Below, piece by piece: positions 44,401-53,983 of a stretch of 64,000 nt of DNA. The position numbers were made by a program, and so were the translations under genes. The notes beneath the pieces are model-generated. The model was given only the letters and a program-made list of their open reading frames with translations. It searched no databases and was not told where the DNA came from. The first letter of the stretch is position 1; each line of letters opens with the position of its first letter. This stretch comes from Thalia democratica. Lineage: Eukaryota. The DNA lies in assembly GCA_965202585.1 (NCBI GenBank), contig OZ241829.1, positions 24,552,001 to 24,616,000 of the forward strand, in the 5' to 3' direction.

Positions 44401-46906
44401 CCCAAAAAAAGAACTAGTTCTTTCTACAGACGCATCCTCTACTCATATTGGAGCCGTCCTAGAACAAAAGCATGAACCAGGAATTTATAAACCCTTGGCA
44501 TTTTTTTCAAAAAAACTACCAGTCCTTAAATCAGTAAGATCCGTATTTTTCAGAGAACTCACAGGTCTTTACCTGAGTATTAAACATTTTAAGGTCAGAA
44601 TCATAGGAAGACAGCTTCGGGTAAGAACAGACCATAGAGCCTTGGTAGATGCTATTAACAATGCTACGGGAAATCATTCACCAAAAGAAGAAAAATATAT
44701 TGCTATAATAAAAGAATATGCCCCCTTGATGGAATTTATTCCGGGCGATCAAAATACAACAGCTGACTTATTAAGCCGTCCGGTACTCGTTGCATACAAC
44801 GATAAAAACTCAGAAGAAGAGGAAGAAAACAGTGGAGAAATTGATGTTAACGATAAAACAATAAATTCTTACACAAATTATGATTTAGACCAGTATTTCA
44901 CACAAGATGAATCAGAATCTAATCAATTTATTCCCTTAAATATTCAGATAATTTCAGAAACGCAAAGTCAAGCCAATGTACATTTACCTACCGTCATAGC
45001 AAACTCTCAAAAGCAACAAAACCAGATCATTTTTGAGTCTAGATTGATAGATAATTGTGTAGTACAAGGTATCATTGAAACAAAAACCCATAGTTTTCGT
45101 ATATGGGTTCCGCCCAAATTAAGATCTAATATCCTAAATCAAAATCATAACATCTTACACCAAGGAATTGATAAAACTTTAACAGCAGTAGGATCTAATT
45201 TCTGGTGGCCAAAAATGAAAAAAGATGTTGAACTCTTTGTAAAAACTTGTATAACATGTCAAAAAGTGAAGGTAAGGAAATATAACAGACCTAAATTAGG
45301 TTGTTACCCAAATTCACTTGGAAGATTTGACTATGTTCATGCAGACTTGGTAGGACCGTTGGTTGAATCTCAAAACATGAAATATATACTTACCATTAAA
45401 GAACGGTATACTGGTCTTTTTGCATCATGTCCCTTACCCAACAAAATGGCAGAGACCGTAAAGAACGCATTTCTCCAAAATTGGATTGGTCATTATGGAA
45501 TACCATGTACAATAGTTACAGATAATGGCAAAGAATTCTTTAACCATCATTTCGAAACTATGTGTTCGGATCTATCTATCAAACATAATCTCACCGCGCC
45601 ATACCACCCTGAAACCAACGGAATGGTAGAAAGACAACATAGAGAGTTAAAAACGGCCTTAAGGACATTGAAGAATAAACTTAACTGGGTGCAACATCTT
45701 CCTATTATCACTCTAGCTCTAAACAATCAGAGCATTGGTCGTAAAGGATTTAGCCCTGCTCAATATACTTTTGGAACACCCTTAAATATTCCTGGAAAGT
45801 TATTCTTTCCGAACACAAACACATTCGAACCTCCTTCATTATTTGAAACAGAGATATTTATAAAAAATATGAAAGAATTTACTAGAGAGTGGAGAAACCC
45901 AGACGAAGCTACAACATATATCGAAAAACATCTACATGAAGCAAAACAAGTTCTAGTAAAAAATCACACAAGACATTCACTAGATCATTTGTACAAAGGC
46001 CCTTTTAATGTAATAGAACGAGGTCCGCATTCTTTCATAATTGACCAAGGATCAGAATTTAAAAAAATTGCTATTGGAAATTTGAAAGCATATTTTCCTA
46101 GATATCCAACTGCAAGTAGGGACAGATCTGAAAATACTAACTATAATTTGAGAGCGAGAAACAAACTCAAAATTAATACAAAATTCAGCATGATGAGCGA
46201 AAACAAACTAAAATATGTTCAACGTCCATTAATCAGAGACAAATCTAATGGGCTACTATATTTAATTGATTCAGGCTCAGATGTTTCCATCATGCCTGCA
46301 CATCTAACTAATTACATAAATTGCGCCAAAACTGATGAAATAAAGAGTTTCTCTGGTCAAACTGAAAGAGCACTAGGGATAACTCAAGCTAACATTAACA
46401 TCGGTATTCCCAAACTATACTCCTACGAATTTTCAGTTTTTCCCAATGGGCACAATTTTGCAATTCTGGGACTAGATTTCATAAATCAATGGAATATCGT
46501 TATTGCTATAGCTGCAAACGCGATTTTTCATGTCAATGGCAACGATTCGCCAATCAGAATAGAAATAGAAAGAAACCATATTGAAAAAATGCAAGAAAAA
46601 CCATTAGATCTTAGGACAGATCGCTCTAAAAATGATAGCAAAATAACAATACCAAAAATGAAAGAATCAATAAAGGAAACAGTTGAAGTTACAAGAATGG
46701 AAAAATATCAAAGTAAGCAAGAAGGTCTTAAAAACCTCTTAACAAAGAAAGTTCGAAAGAAATTTAACCCAAGAGACCAAAAATATAATAACAACGATTT
46801 AATACATAATAAAAAAAACATGTTGCAAAACTTTTTGGAACTATATCCAACTCAGAACTCAACTAGAACAGGACCGCTTCACCAATATTTTACAGCGAAA
46901 TATTAA
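41309..46906 (+). CDS. Gag-Pol polyprotein (1865 aa): Gag with CHCC knuckle, protease, RT, RNase H, integrase, then a second protease domain
   Basis: CsRn1-type knuckle C-x2-H-x9-C-x4-C (42701-42757); PR YLFDTGAEVS (DTG 43070); RT YIDD (43967); RNase H TDAS..REL..TDH..AD; IN HHCC, ADLVGP, TDNGKEF, GMVER and GPF; second PR YLIDSGSDVS (DSG 46268); no stops or frameshifts. Confidence 0.97.
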   Translation: MSLKPLKKALVLKVPRTRSRTEISCSETIANLESDEIVETETEAIAKETSEAPSLGNNNGVLRSEHPPTTEDNTKKIIELTKLVENSNKLIEDKFNTILKTISIQNSQSSNIPTNTEVSTINNLNSHMNLTDPEKIQPTMTTEAVSTLPTNKIQTPIPLSSHASKSCTIPSNYNSILNVDQSNERNGSQPQDNNQSIAQLQRQIDNIQKTINQNPIHERVTTQPNTNHIFGNHDPIPRNQHFQQTVNSRLSNSISDKAFRKISGERPREELSLFEVQCKSQEIFDDQTQFEIIIGIWPINDVLSYVKAGKPSSYICFKQEILSMTPCLPDILKPPPIWSSTPTFKDIHQLISKGLTCSQDDLYKHLALIYCPKWASNILKKDLELQIDKFKGRVMWTLEQGPIDLKTNYNNRKSNNQYNFNDKFHNAFNQQQNQNFSNYNQNRYNQAQNYRPNLNQFDNKNNNRCSYHVRFGEKSNNCEGQQCDMYQKFLEKKLSFLKNKPAAVNMSIIQDISNAEQSENSTQDKLTNSNKVDECITNDRKNEEIKQETNKIDDKFITRKLPYETKLKNNTELLIIADNETSVQYLFDTGAEVSIIPKSMVETYEKDKSAPNICDINGKTSKALGYSMKYVKIGLKPDLPHSFYVIDTDIPFAILGLDFIIKHKLTIIPQEKTIVQGDSGVKLKLKQLTTPETETKIEVENLLNLFPEIDKEPNYKEKPKHNHVLDIKLEKEFSPRHQRARKTNKTVSKEIEDNFDKLLKQGAVIRGISEIVSPLTVVRKKNGKPRVCVDYQYINQYTKIMSYPLPNIDDLSSIIPVNSRVFSTLDLREAYLNLPLTYRAQKVAAMISQYGTFLPLRTTFGLKNAPMAFQRLMDDIMAPCHNFSFTYIDDIIIYSKSMEEHMQHLFEVLFQLNKFGLHINREKCKFAAEEVQYLGHILSSKGFYMQQSKVEAIENFQTPQTIKHLRSFLGCLNYYNKFAPKLAEILQPLYKLTTGEPKNSRKKLIWETEHQAAFEKAIQTLVSATHLSYEDPKKELVLSTDASSTHIGAVLEQKHEPGIYKPLAFFSKKLPVLKSVRSVFFRELTGLYLSIKHFKVRIIGRQLRVRTDHRALVDAINNATGNHSPKEEKYIAIIKEYAPLMEFIPGDQNTTADLLSRPVLVAYNDKNSEEEEENSGEIDVNDKTINSYTNYDLDQYFTQDESESNQFIPLNIQIISETQSQANVHLPTVIANSQKQQNQIIFESRLIDNCVVQGIIETKTHSFRIWVPPKLRSNILNQNHNILHQGIDKTLTAVGSNFWWPKMKKDVELFVKTCITCQKVKVRKYNRPKLGCYPNSLGRFDYVHADLVGPLVESQNMKYILTIKERYTGLFASCPLPNKMAETVKNAFLQNWIGHYGIPCTIVTDNGKEFFNHHFETMCSDLSIKHNLTAPYHPETNGMVERQHRELKTALRTLKNKLNWVQHLPIITLALNNQSIGRKGFSPAQYTFGTPLNIPGKLFFPNTNTFEPPSLFETEIFIKNMKEFTREWRNPDEATTYIEKHLHEAKQVLVKNHTRHSLDHLYKGPFNVIERGPHSFIIDQGSEFKKIAIGNLKAYFPRYPTASRDRSENTNYNLRARNKLKINTKFSMMSENKLKYVQRPLIRDKSNGLLYLIDSGSDVSIMPAHLTNYINCAKTDEIKSFSGQTERALGITQANINIGIPKLYSYEFSVFPNGHNFAILGLDFINQWNIVIAIAANAIFHVNGNDSPIRIEIERNHIEKMQEKPLDLRTDRSKNDSKITIPKMKESIKETVEVTRMEKYQSKQEGLKNLLTKKVRKKFNPRDQKYNNNDLIHNKKNMLQNFLELYPTQNSTRTGPLHQYFTAKY
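41485..41496 (+). promoter_or_regulatory. Primer-binding site (tRNA-primed)
   Basis: TGGCGTCCTCCG, 4 nt after the LTR end; complementary to a tRNA 3' end ...GGAGGACG-CCA; tRNA identity not determined. Confidence 0.7.
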
Positions 46907-48941
46907 GCAAATCATGGTTGGTTTTCACAACAAACGTAAAAAAGTTTTTTTTAAAAATAAAAAAATATAATAAATAGCTAATATCAACGTTTTAAAATTC
47001 AAATAGATTCTTTTAATTAGCTTTTATTTAATTAATAATAATTATTTATTAACTAATTAATTCGTTTTTTTTTTTTTTGTTTTTGTTTTTTTTTTAACTT
47101 AATTGAAAGACATGATAAAACAAAGGCTTAATATAACAATACGGGTTGGAAACTAATAAATAAAGGAATCCAAAACATCACACTTAACAGTCATAACGAT
47201 CATTTACACTTTGCTTCGTACAATTAAGATTATATCGATAAATTAACTAATAGCATTTTTTTTTAACAATCAAAAACTTTATGTATAAAACTATGTTTAA
47301 AAAAAATATATAAACATAAAACTAAATAATTTAAATAAAAAGTATTAAAAATAATAAACAACAAAAAGAACAAAAAAAAATATATATATATCTAAATATA
47401 AATATATATTATATATAAAATATATCTGAATTCTTAAACTAACACCAAAATTTATGTACAAACACGCTTTTACTTTTTCTCAATGCATATTGGTACTACT
47501 CCATCTAAAGCGAATGACTAAATGCAGTAAACTTAGTGTGTACATACTAAATGTAAAGAAAAATCGTTTTTCTATTTTTTCTCTATTTAGCTTCACTTCT
47601 GTTATTTTTATCTTTCCCGTGCACCTGTAATTAATTTTAAATTGACATTTTTGTGTTATTATAGATAAATTTAGTAGCTAAACAAGGGAATCATGTTTAC
47701 GACACACCTGCAAAACAAACTTAACTATTAGGGTTAAATTCTTTCGAATGAACTCGCTTTAAATTTTATTAAACGTTTCCCAATTTGAATCGCTACACGT
47801 GCTTCGTTACATTGATGCACGTGTCAATAAAATCAGAAGGGCTTAAAGACTCCCTTTAACGCTTTGTTACTATCGTTAATTCTAAAATTAAAACTTAATA
47901 GCACTTGTGAACAAATTGGTAAACGTTTCTTATCTTTTTTTCTTTCGAGTTATAACTTTCATTCACTGAAACAAGATTTATTTCAGATTTGTATTCATTT
48001 AGAACAGCTTTCATTAGAATATGTAACTCAATCTTATAATTGTAAGTTTAGATTATGTGTTTTTGCTTCTTAGTTTGTTAATTTTTTTAAAATAAACAAA
48101 AGTTTATTTTTGTAAAAATAATTCTGTGTTTATTCTTTTTTCGAAATTAATAGTTGTGTTAATCATAATCAAATTAGTTGCCAGATGTATGTTATTTTGA
48201 TTTTCGTTATTAAAAGTATGCATTATTACTTTTTGTCTTCGTTTTTTCTTTTCACTTTGTTTATCAAACACAGATTATAATTGACATTAAATATATCCAC
48301 TGACTATTTGAATTTTAATTTACTCTACAACTTTTTTTTCTTTCTTTCCGCTTTCCACCAATCAATTGTCCCATCTTCATAAAAAAAAACAATACTTAAA
48401 ACATGAATTATATATTTATACACCCTTAAAAAGAAACTTAATAGTAATAATTGTGGAATTAAGTAAATAAAAAATTATCAAATTAGTAATACATAATTAA
48501 TTATCAAAAATAAAGATATCTATAAATATACAATAATAATTATAAAACCTCGTAGTGAATATTTTGAACAATAACCAAACAAAATACGCGTAATATCAGA
48601 CGATATCTCAAAATGACTACCAAGTTAATCAAACCAAACTCAATTAACCATAAGTATAATAATTTGTTTATGTAATTCCTGACCAATACATTTCAGAACA
48701 GCATTCAAAATGCATGTGTAATCTATCCAATTAATTCAGCTTAGCAACCTTCAGTCATCATCACTATTAAATAAACACTAAAAAGAACTAATATTCGGCG
48801 TTATGCCGTACATTTTGTTGATTATACATGCATTTATACAAATACACTATACACATAATTGCCTTGCCACATATCGCATAAAAACATTATTAACAAAGCT
48901 AATAACAAACTAATATTTTCCAGATTTAGCTTTTAATAATT

Positions 48942-50765
48942 ATGAAGTTATTCTTTCTCAATATAAGTCTGTTTGCCTGTCTTTTCTTTCTTGGAGACAA
49001 CGTTTTTTGTCAATCTAATAAAACAATCTTAGACCTAAGATTTCAAAATGTAGACATATGCTTCGATAAGCATATTGTAAAAACTTACTTTATAACTCCT
49101 TCAATCGGAGGTTGCGCTGAACCGGACACAACTTACCAAATAATTAAAGATATTAATATATACCCTCCTGCAGATACGACAATACACATAAACGCAATAG
49201 CGTGCAGAGAGGTCGTGTCCACGTATAAAAACATAATGTGGTGGACTTTCACAAAAACGTCTACATTAATAAATAAAAGGTCTTTTTCAGTCGCAAGCGA
49301 TCGCTGTGTAAGGTGGGTTAAGCAAAGAACTGACCCAATTCTTGGGGATCTATTTAAACATTCAATAACTCCTCATACTTATGTTACACTGAACAAAAAA
49401 CAAAATATTTTTTATTATCTTCAGGGAGTGACTGAGAATGTTAGAAACGCACAAACTTTAGAAACAACCCTAATCTTTAATAGACAAACCCTAACAGGTA
49501 GCCATTTTACCACGTCAGACTTAGAATGTAATGTTTTAAAGGGGGTATGTATTTCCAAGACTGACACATTCTTATTCACTCCTTTTGAGAATAAATGTAA
49601 AACTTGGAAACCATATAAAGGGTTATCTTTACTTAAATACAACATGAAAAATGGAAACCTTTATCAGGTTCCTGAACTAGACCTTGCGTTTCATAGGTTA
49701 ATACCTTGCCCTGAATATGTACACAAATGCATTAGAGAAGTCGATGAAAATAAACAAATAAGGTGTACACCCACAAATTTTGCCCTTAGTTTTTCAAATA
49801 TTTCGACGCTAGTAGATGATAACTTAAAAATAAAACTAAACCAATATAATAATATAAGTGCACGAGACAATATATTAAGTCAAGCTATTCAATCTTTAGC
49901 CATTAAAACAAATTCAGCCATAGAAAAGCTCGCCCAAGAGTTCTCAAGTGTGCTGTGCAAATTGGGTGAAATCTCAATAACCAACTTGCGCAACACCCAA
50001 TATCGCAAACCCAGTGAGACTTTGAGTCTCATGCTGGGCAGGAAAGTTAAGGCAACTATGATAGGTGAGTTACTTGCACAAATTTCGTGCACCAAAGTAA
50101 ACGCAACCTTAGTACCAACTCTACGTATCGGCGATGAAATGTCTCCAAGGCCTCTATTTAGGATTCATTTCGCAAACGAGTCAAAAATAGCACAATACAC
50201 TTCGGAGGGCTATTTAAGATGGGGTCTCAAAGGCTTAACCTCTCATTTAACTGAACAAGTAACCATATTTGTAATAGAAGGAATCGCCATAGCGTTTAAA
50301 AATGGGTCTCTCTTAAATGAACTGCCTGAGATAAATAAATTAGGGCTTCATCCTACTTCTGTTATTCCTGATTCTATAGACTATGATGAAGGAATACTTT
50401 TAAATGAATTATCTACTGCGTCAGACCCAAATAATTTGGGTTCAATGAACCACATGCTGCAAAGCATACTGGGAATCACTTCTGAGCATCTTATAGCTAA
50501 TGGGGTAAACAAGGAGCTGTTAAATAAATATTTGACTGTCCCTATGAATAAAAATGAACATCTGTCCTTCATTAAAGAAATTAAACAATTCTTCCGCCCC
50601 AAAGTTTCTAACATTATAAAAAAAATCGCTCTATTCGGATCTTTAACAATCACCTTTCTAACTACGCTCTTAATAACGTATATCTTTTGTGGATTTACAC
50701 TTAAAGCTATTATTAAGAGTACCAGAACAAAAACAAAAAATAATAAAAATGAAAACCAGAGTTAA
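48942..50765 (+). CDS. env: Envelope glycoprotein (607 aa), class III fusogen-like (herpesvirus gB / chuvirus G type)
   Basis: N-terminal signal peptide, Cys-rich ectodomain with several NxS/T sequons, C-terminal TM and basic tail. KPSETLSLMLGRKVKATMIGELLAQISCTKV...PRPLFRI parallels the gB segment NP..IAS..GR.V.A...GDV..VS.C..V...SRPLV.F. Aromatic loops IMWWTF and IFYYL. Confidence 0.8.
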   Translation: MKLFFLNISLFACLFFLGDNVFCQSNKTILDLRFQNVDICFDKHIVKTYFITPSIGGCAEPDTTYQIIKDINIYPPADTTIHINAIACREVVSTYKNIMWWTFTKTSTLINKRSFSVASDRCVRWVKQRTDPILGDLFKHSITPHTYVTLNKKQNIFYYLQGVTENVRNAQTLETTLIFNRQTLTGSHFTTSDLECNVLKGVCISKTDTFLFTPFENKCKTWKPYKGLSLLKYNMKNGNLYQVPELDLAFHRLIPCPEYVHKCIREVDENKQIRCTPTNFALSFSNISTLVDDNLKIKLNQYNNISARDNILSQAIQSLAIKTNSAIEKLAQEFSSVLCKLGEISITNLRNTQYRKPSETLSLMLGRKVKATMIGELLAQISCTKVNATLVPTLRIGDEMSPRPLFRIHFANESKIAQYTSEGYLRWGLKGLTSHLTEQVTIFVIEGIAIAFKNGSLLNELPEINKLGLHPTSVIPDSIDYDEGILLNELSTASDPNNLGSMNHMLQSILGITSEHLIANGVNKELLNKYLTVPMNKNEHLSFIKEIKQFFRPKVSNIIKKIALFGSLTITFLTTLLITYIFCGFTLKAIIKSTRTKTKNNKNENQS

Positions 50766-51170
50766 TGACATTATAATCTGTAGCTCATACTCAATTTCTT
50801 TCTCTTCTTCTCCTTCTTCAAATTCTTTTGATTGATGTAAAAGCTCGCTACTTTTATTCTATTTTCTTGTCTTTATTTGGTATATCAATAAAAAAAGAAA
50901 AATTATACAAAACAATCTTTCTATTCTAAACACTATCTTTGCCATCCTTGACTTGAAGGACCTCTTTCTCATTTTTCTGCATAAGTCTAGATAAAAAGAA
51001 AAAGATAGCCAAAAAATTCTTTTGTTTTTTTTTTTTACAATAAACAAGTTTAGTACCAATCCTTACTACACTTATGAATCGTTGATAATTTATTTTTGCT
51101 TTCTTTTTGTTACTGTAACTATAAAAAAAACATTTGAATTGTCAACAGTCATAAAAAAATAAAAAAAGAG

Positions 51171-51512
51171 ATGAATCTTTTACAAGTAGAAGACCTTGAC
51201 TTTCTGTTGGACGAAGAACTACCTGAATTAAATCATGAAATGGTTGAAAACTTCTTCCGGCCAATCCAACAAGAAGAAGAGTTTGAAAAGGATCTAGGAT
51301 ATGAAAGCGACGAAGAAAATAAGTATACCGAAGAAAGAGAAGCTCCACTGATAGCTCCACCAGTGCCAATCATCGAACAGAATTGGCACCGTTTGAGGGA
51401 TGACGAAAGGATGTTGGATCCCGAGCTTCTAACAATCCTTATCGAAATGATGTTAGAGGCCGAAAGACTGGGAGATAACGTTTTTGAAGAAGTGTATGAG
51501 GGCGACTTTTAA
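51171..51512 (+). CDS. Acidic 113-aa accessory ORF between env and the 3' LTR
   Basis: ATG-initiated, coding-like island in poly(A/T) DNA, roughly one third Asp/Glu; no recognised homology. Confidence 0.55.
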   Translation: MNLLQVEDLDFLLDEELPELNHEMVENFFRPIQQEEEFEKDLGYESDEENKYTEEREAPLIAPPVPIIEQNWHRLRDDERMLDPELLTILIEMMLEAERLGDNVFEEVYEGDF

Positions 51513-52552
51513 AGGAAAGGTATGTGAACATTATACTAAATAAAAGATTTTTTTTTTTAAATTATAATAGTCATAAAAAATTAACATGTTTTTTTTTTTT
51601 TTTTGTTGTTTCTTCCCAAGTATTTTTGTTTCGATAAAAAAATAAAAAATAATAAATAAAAAAAATAAATAAAATAAAAATCAATTAAAAAAAAAAAAAA
51701 ATTATAAAATAAAAACTTATAAACAAAAATATATAAAAAAAAAAAAATAAAAAAAAAAAAAGCAACTTGTTAACAACTTATTTGTCTATATATGTGTGTT
51801 TATTTTTTATTATTATTATTTGTTTTTCTGATTTTTTTTTTTTTTTTTTTTGTGTGTACCTTTGACCTTATAAACTACAATAACTCCAGGTAATTAAATA
51901 ATATTAACATTGATTTGCTTCTATCTATTCACTTTTAACCTTAAGCAATCTAGAATTCAAATCTATTATCAACACGTTTATTTGAGTTGTTACCTTTACA
52001 CATTTTATTACCGAAATCTATCTGAGTAATTCTTTTGAAATACAAAATTTTAATATGACAACGTTGTATACTTATCGAATTAATTTTTTTTTTGAATGTT
52101 TGAACAAGTACATCATTTGAAACAGTTATAAGTTAAACTCAATTTTCTTCTCTCCTTCGTTGTTTAAAATTTTTCATTGTAAACCTGTTTTGTTTCTACA
52201 GTAAATCTTTGATTTTCTAATAATACATTTTTCCATTAAATATTAATATTTCTTAACTAAACAAAATAGAAAAACAAAAAACATTGTTAAAATTGTTATT
52301 TGTACTTTAAATTTATTTGCATTTATCATCTCAACCCTCCGACAACTTGATAATGTACCATTTTTTTTTTAGAAAGATTAAAGTTATAAATTTGAACATT
52401 TTTTTTTTTCAAGCATGATAAACCCGCTCTAATTCCTTATTATTCTTTTCTTTCAAAAGTTATTTTACACTTAGACATTTTAAGTTAATTTTCGTCCCCT
52501 TAATAATAGTTTTTTCTCATAAGTTTTTTTTACAAGTTAATAAAAATTTTTT

Positions 52553-52582
52553 TAGAAAAAGAAAAAAAAAAAAAAAGAAAAA
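52553..52582 (+). promoter_or_regulatory. Polypurine tract
   Basis: AGAAAAAGAAAAAAAAAAAAAAAGAAAAA ending 10 nt before the 3' LTR. Confidence 0.55.
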
Positions 52583-52592
52583 CATAAGTCGA

Positions 52593-53913
52593 TGTAGGAC
52601 ACTTGTGCAAAATCTTATTTTGCCTTGTGTCCAAATTTTTATAATTTAAAGGAATTAATGTTTTTCACTTGATATTATATTTTTTTTTCCTTAAAAAAGA
52701 AAACATTGAATAAATATAGTAAAACTGTTTTCAAATAAAAAAACTATTTTTCACAAACAAAATAAGTGCTAGTTAAAATGATTGTTGTCTTTGATTTCTT
52801 GATTAAACTGGAAATTGCTGTTCATGGGTGTGGCTAAGGGAAAATGAGAGAATAAAATGAGAGATCAAGTGATCTACAGTCCAAAGTCCAGGAAAATGAG
52901 AGAATCAAATGAGAGATCGCGTGATTTATGGAAAATTCTAGAAAAAGAATTCAAAATCTATAAATACGCTCAATCAGAGCATGAAGCGGGCAATCCACCA
53001 CGAAACAAGCAAGAAGCGACACTCTGCTCCGCAAAAGAAATAACATCGTCAATCTTCAAGCAAGAAGATTTCAACAACCATCTAATCGAAGAAGCCCACG
53101 CATTCTGTGGCATCGAGAATTTCAGTACTGGTAGTACTCTTTCATCAAACACTCTAAGTTGGACTCAACGATCGAGTCACAGCGTTCAATCAAGTTAAAG
53201 TATACATTCATCTCAGCAAGCAAACCCACACAGACTGGGCGCCAACCTTAGCTACACTTCAACGAACAAGTTGTTTCATACTGTTTGACTCTATCGTATT
53301 GTTTATATATTCATATTATCATATATACTCACTATTGTATTTGCATTGTAATATTTATATATATTTATATCACCGCATTTATTCACTATTGTATTTGTAT
53401 TGTATTAATTATACATATTGATATCATCGTGCTTATTTTTTATCGTATTTTATCGCCGCTCTGCTTACGGAAAGGAAAAGAAACAGACCACGCTACGTCT
53501 AGCCAGATTCTGCAAACGAGACGGACCAACGTCGAGTGCCAGAAGCTGAGCGAACGAGACCAGTGACACGCCAAAGGGGGAATCCGGAGCGCGGTTCCTT
53601 CTATTTGTTAACATTAAGTGTCTAAACTTATTGTGAGCTGTCATTGCGTATTTGTACATAATAAACCAACATTATTTAGTTTCATTATATTTAGTCAAAT
53701 ATATATAAATATAAATAAAGTTAAATATAAATTATATAATTATGTCCTTAAAACCCTTAAAAAAGGCATTAGTCCTGAAGGTACCCAGGACTCGGTCCAG
53801 AACCGAGATAAGTTGTTCCGAGACTATTGCTAACCTGGAATCCGATGAGATTGTTGAGACTGAAACCGAGGCAATTGCGAAGGAAACCAGTGAGGCTCCT
53901 AGTCTGGGTAACA
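52593..53913 (+). repeat. 3' LTR (1321 bp)
   Basis: Direct repeat of 40160-41480. Confidence 0.95.
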
Positions 53914-53983
53914 ATAGTTGGAATAATGGGCCATGATATATATTCAGGGGAACATGATCAGCAAAGGGGCATGAGGTCATAAT

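Larger units (their letters stand above)
40160..53913 (+). mobile_element. Env-bearing Ty3/Gypsy (Metaviridae, CsRn1-like) LTR retrotransposon / endogenous retrovirus, 13754 bp
   Basis: Two direct repeats TGTAGG...TAACA at a constant offset of 12433; flanking duplication (ATA)GTTG; PBS, PPT; gag-PR-RT-RH-IN order; env-like ORF. Confidence 0.95.

Noticed and set aside
50859-51059. Minus-strand basic/hydrophobic ORF between env and the acidic ORF
   Set aside because: Low-complexity A/T-run translation with a non-ATG start.
51290-51325. DLGYESDEE in the acidic ORF considered as an LxCxE Rb-binding motif or a DSGxxS degron
   Set aside because: It lacks the required Cys of LxCxE and the first Ser of DSGxxS; only the CK2-type site is supported.
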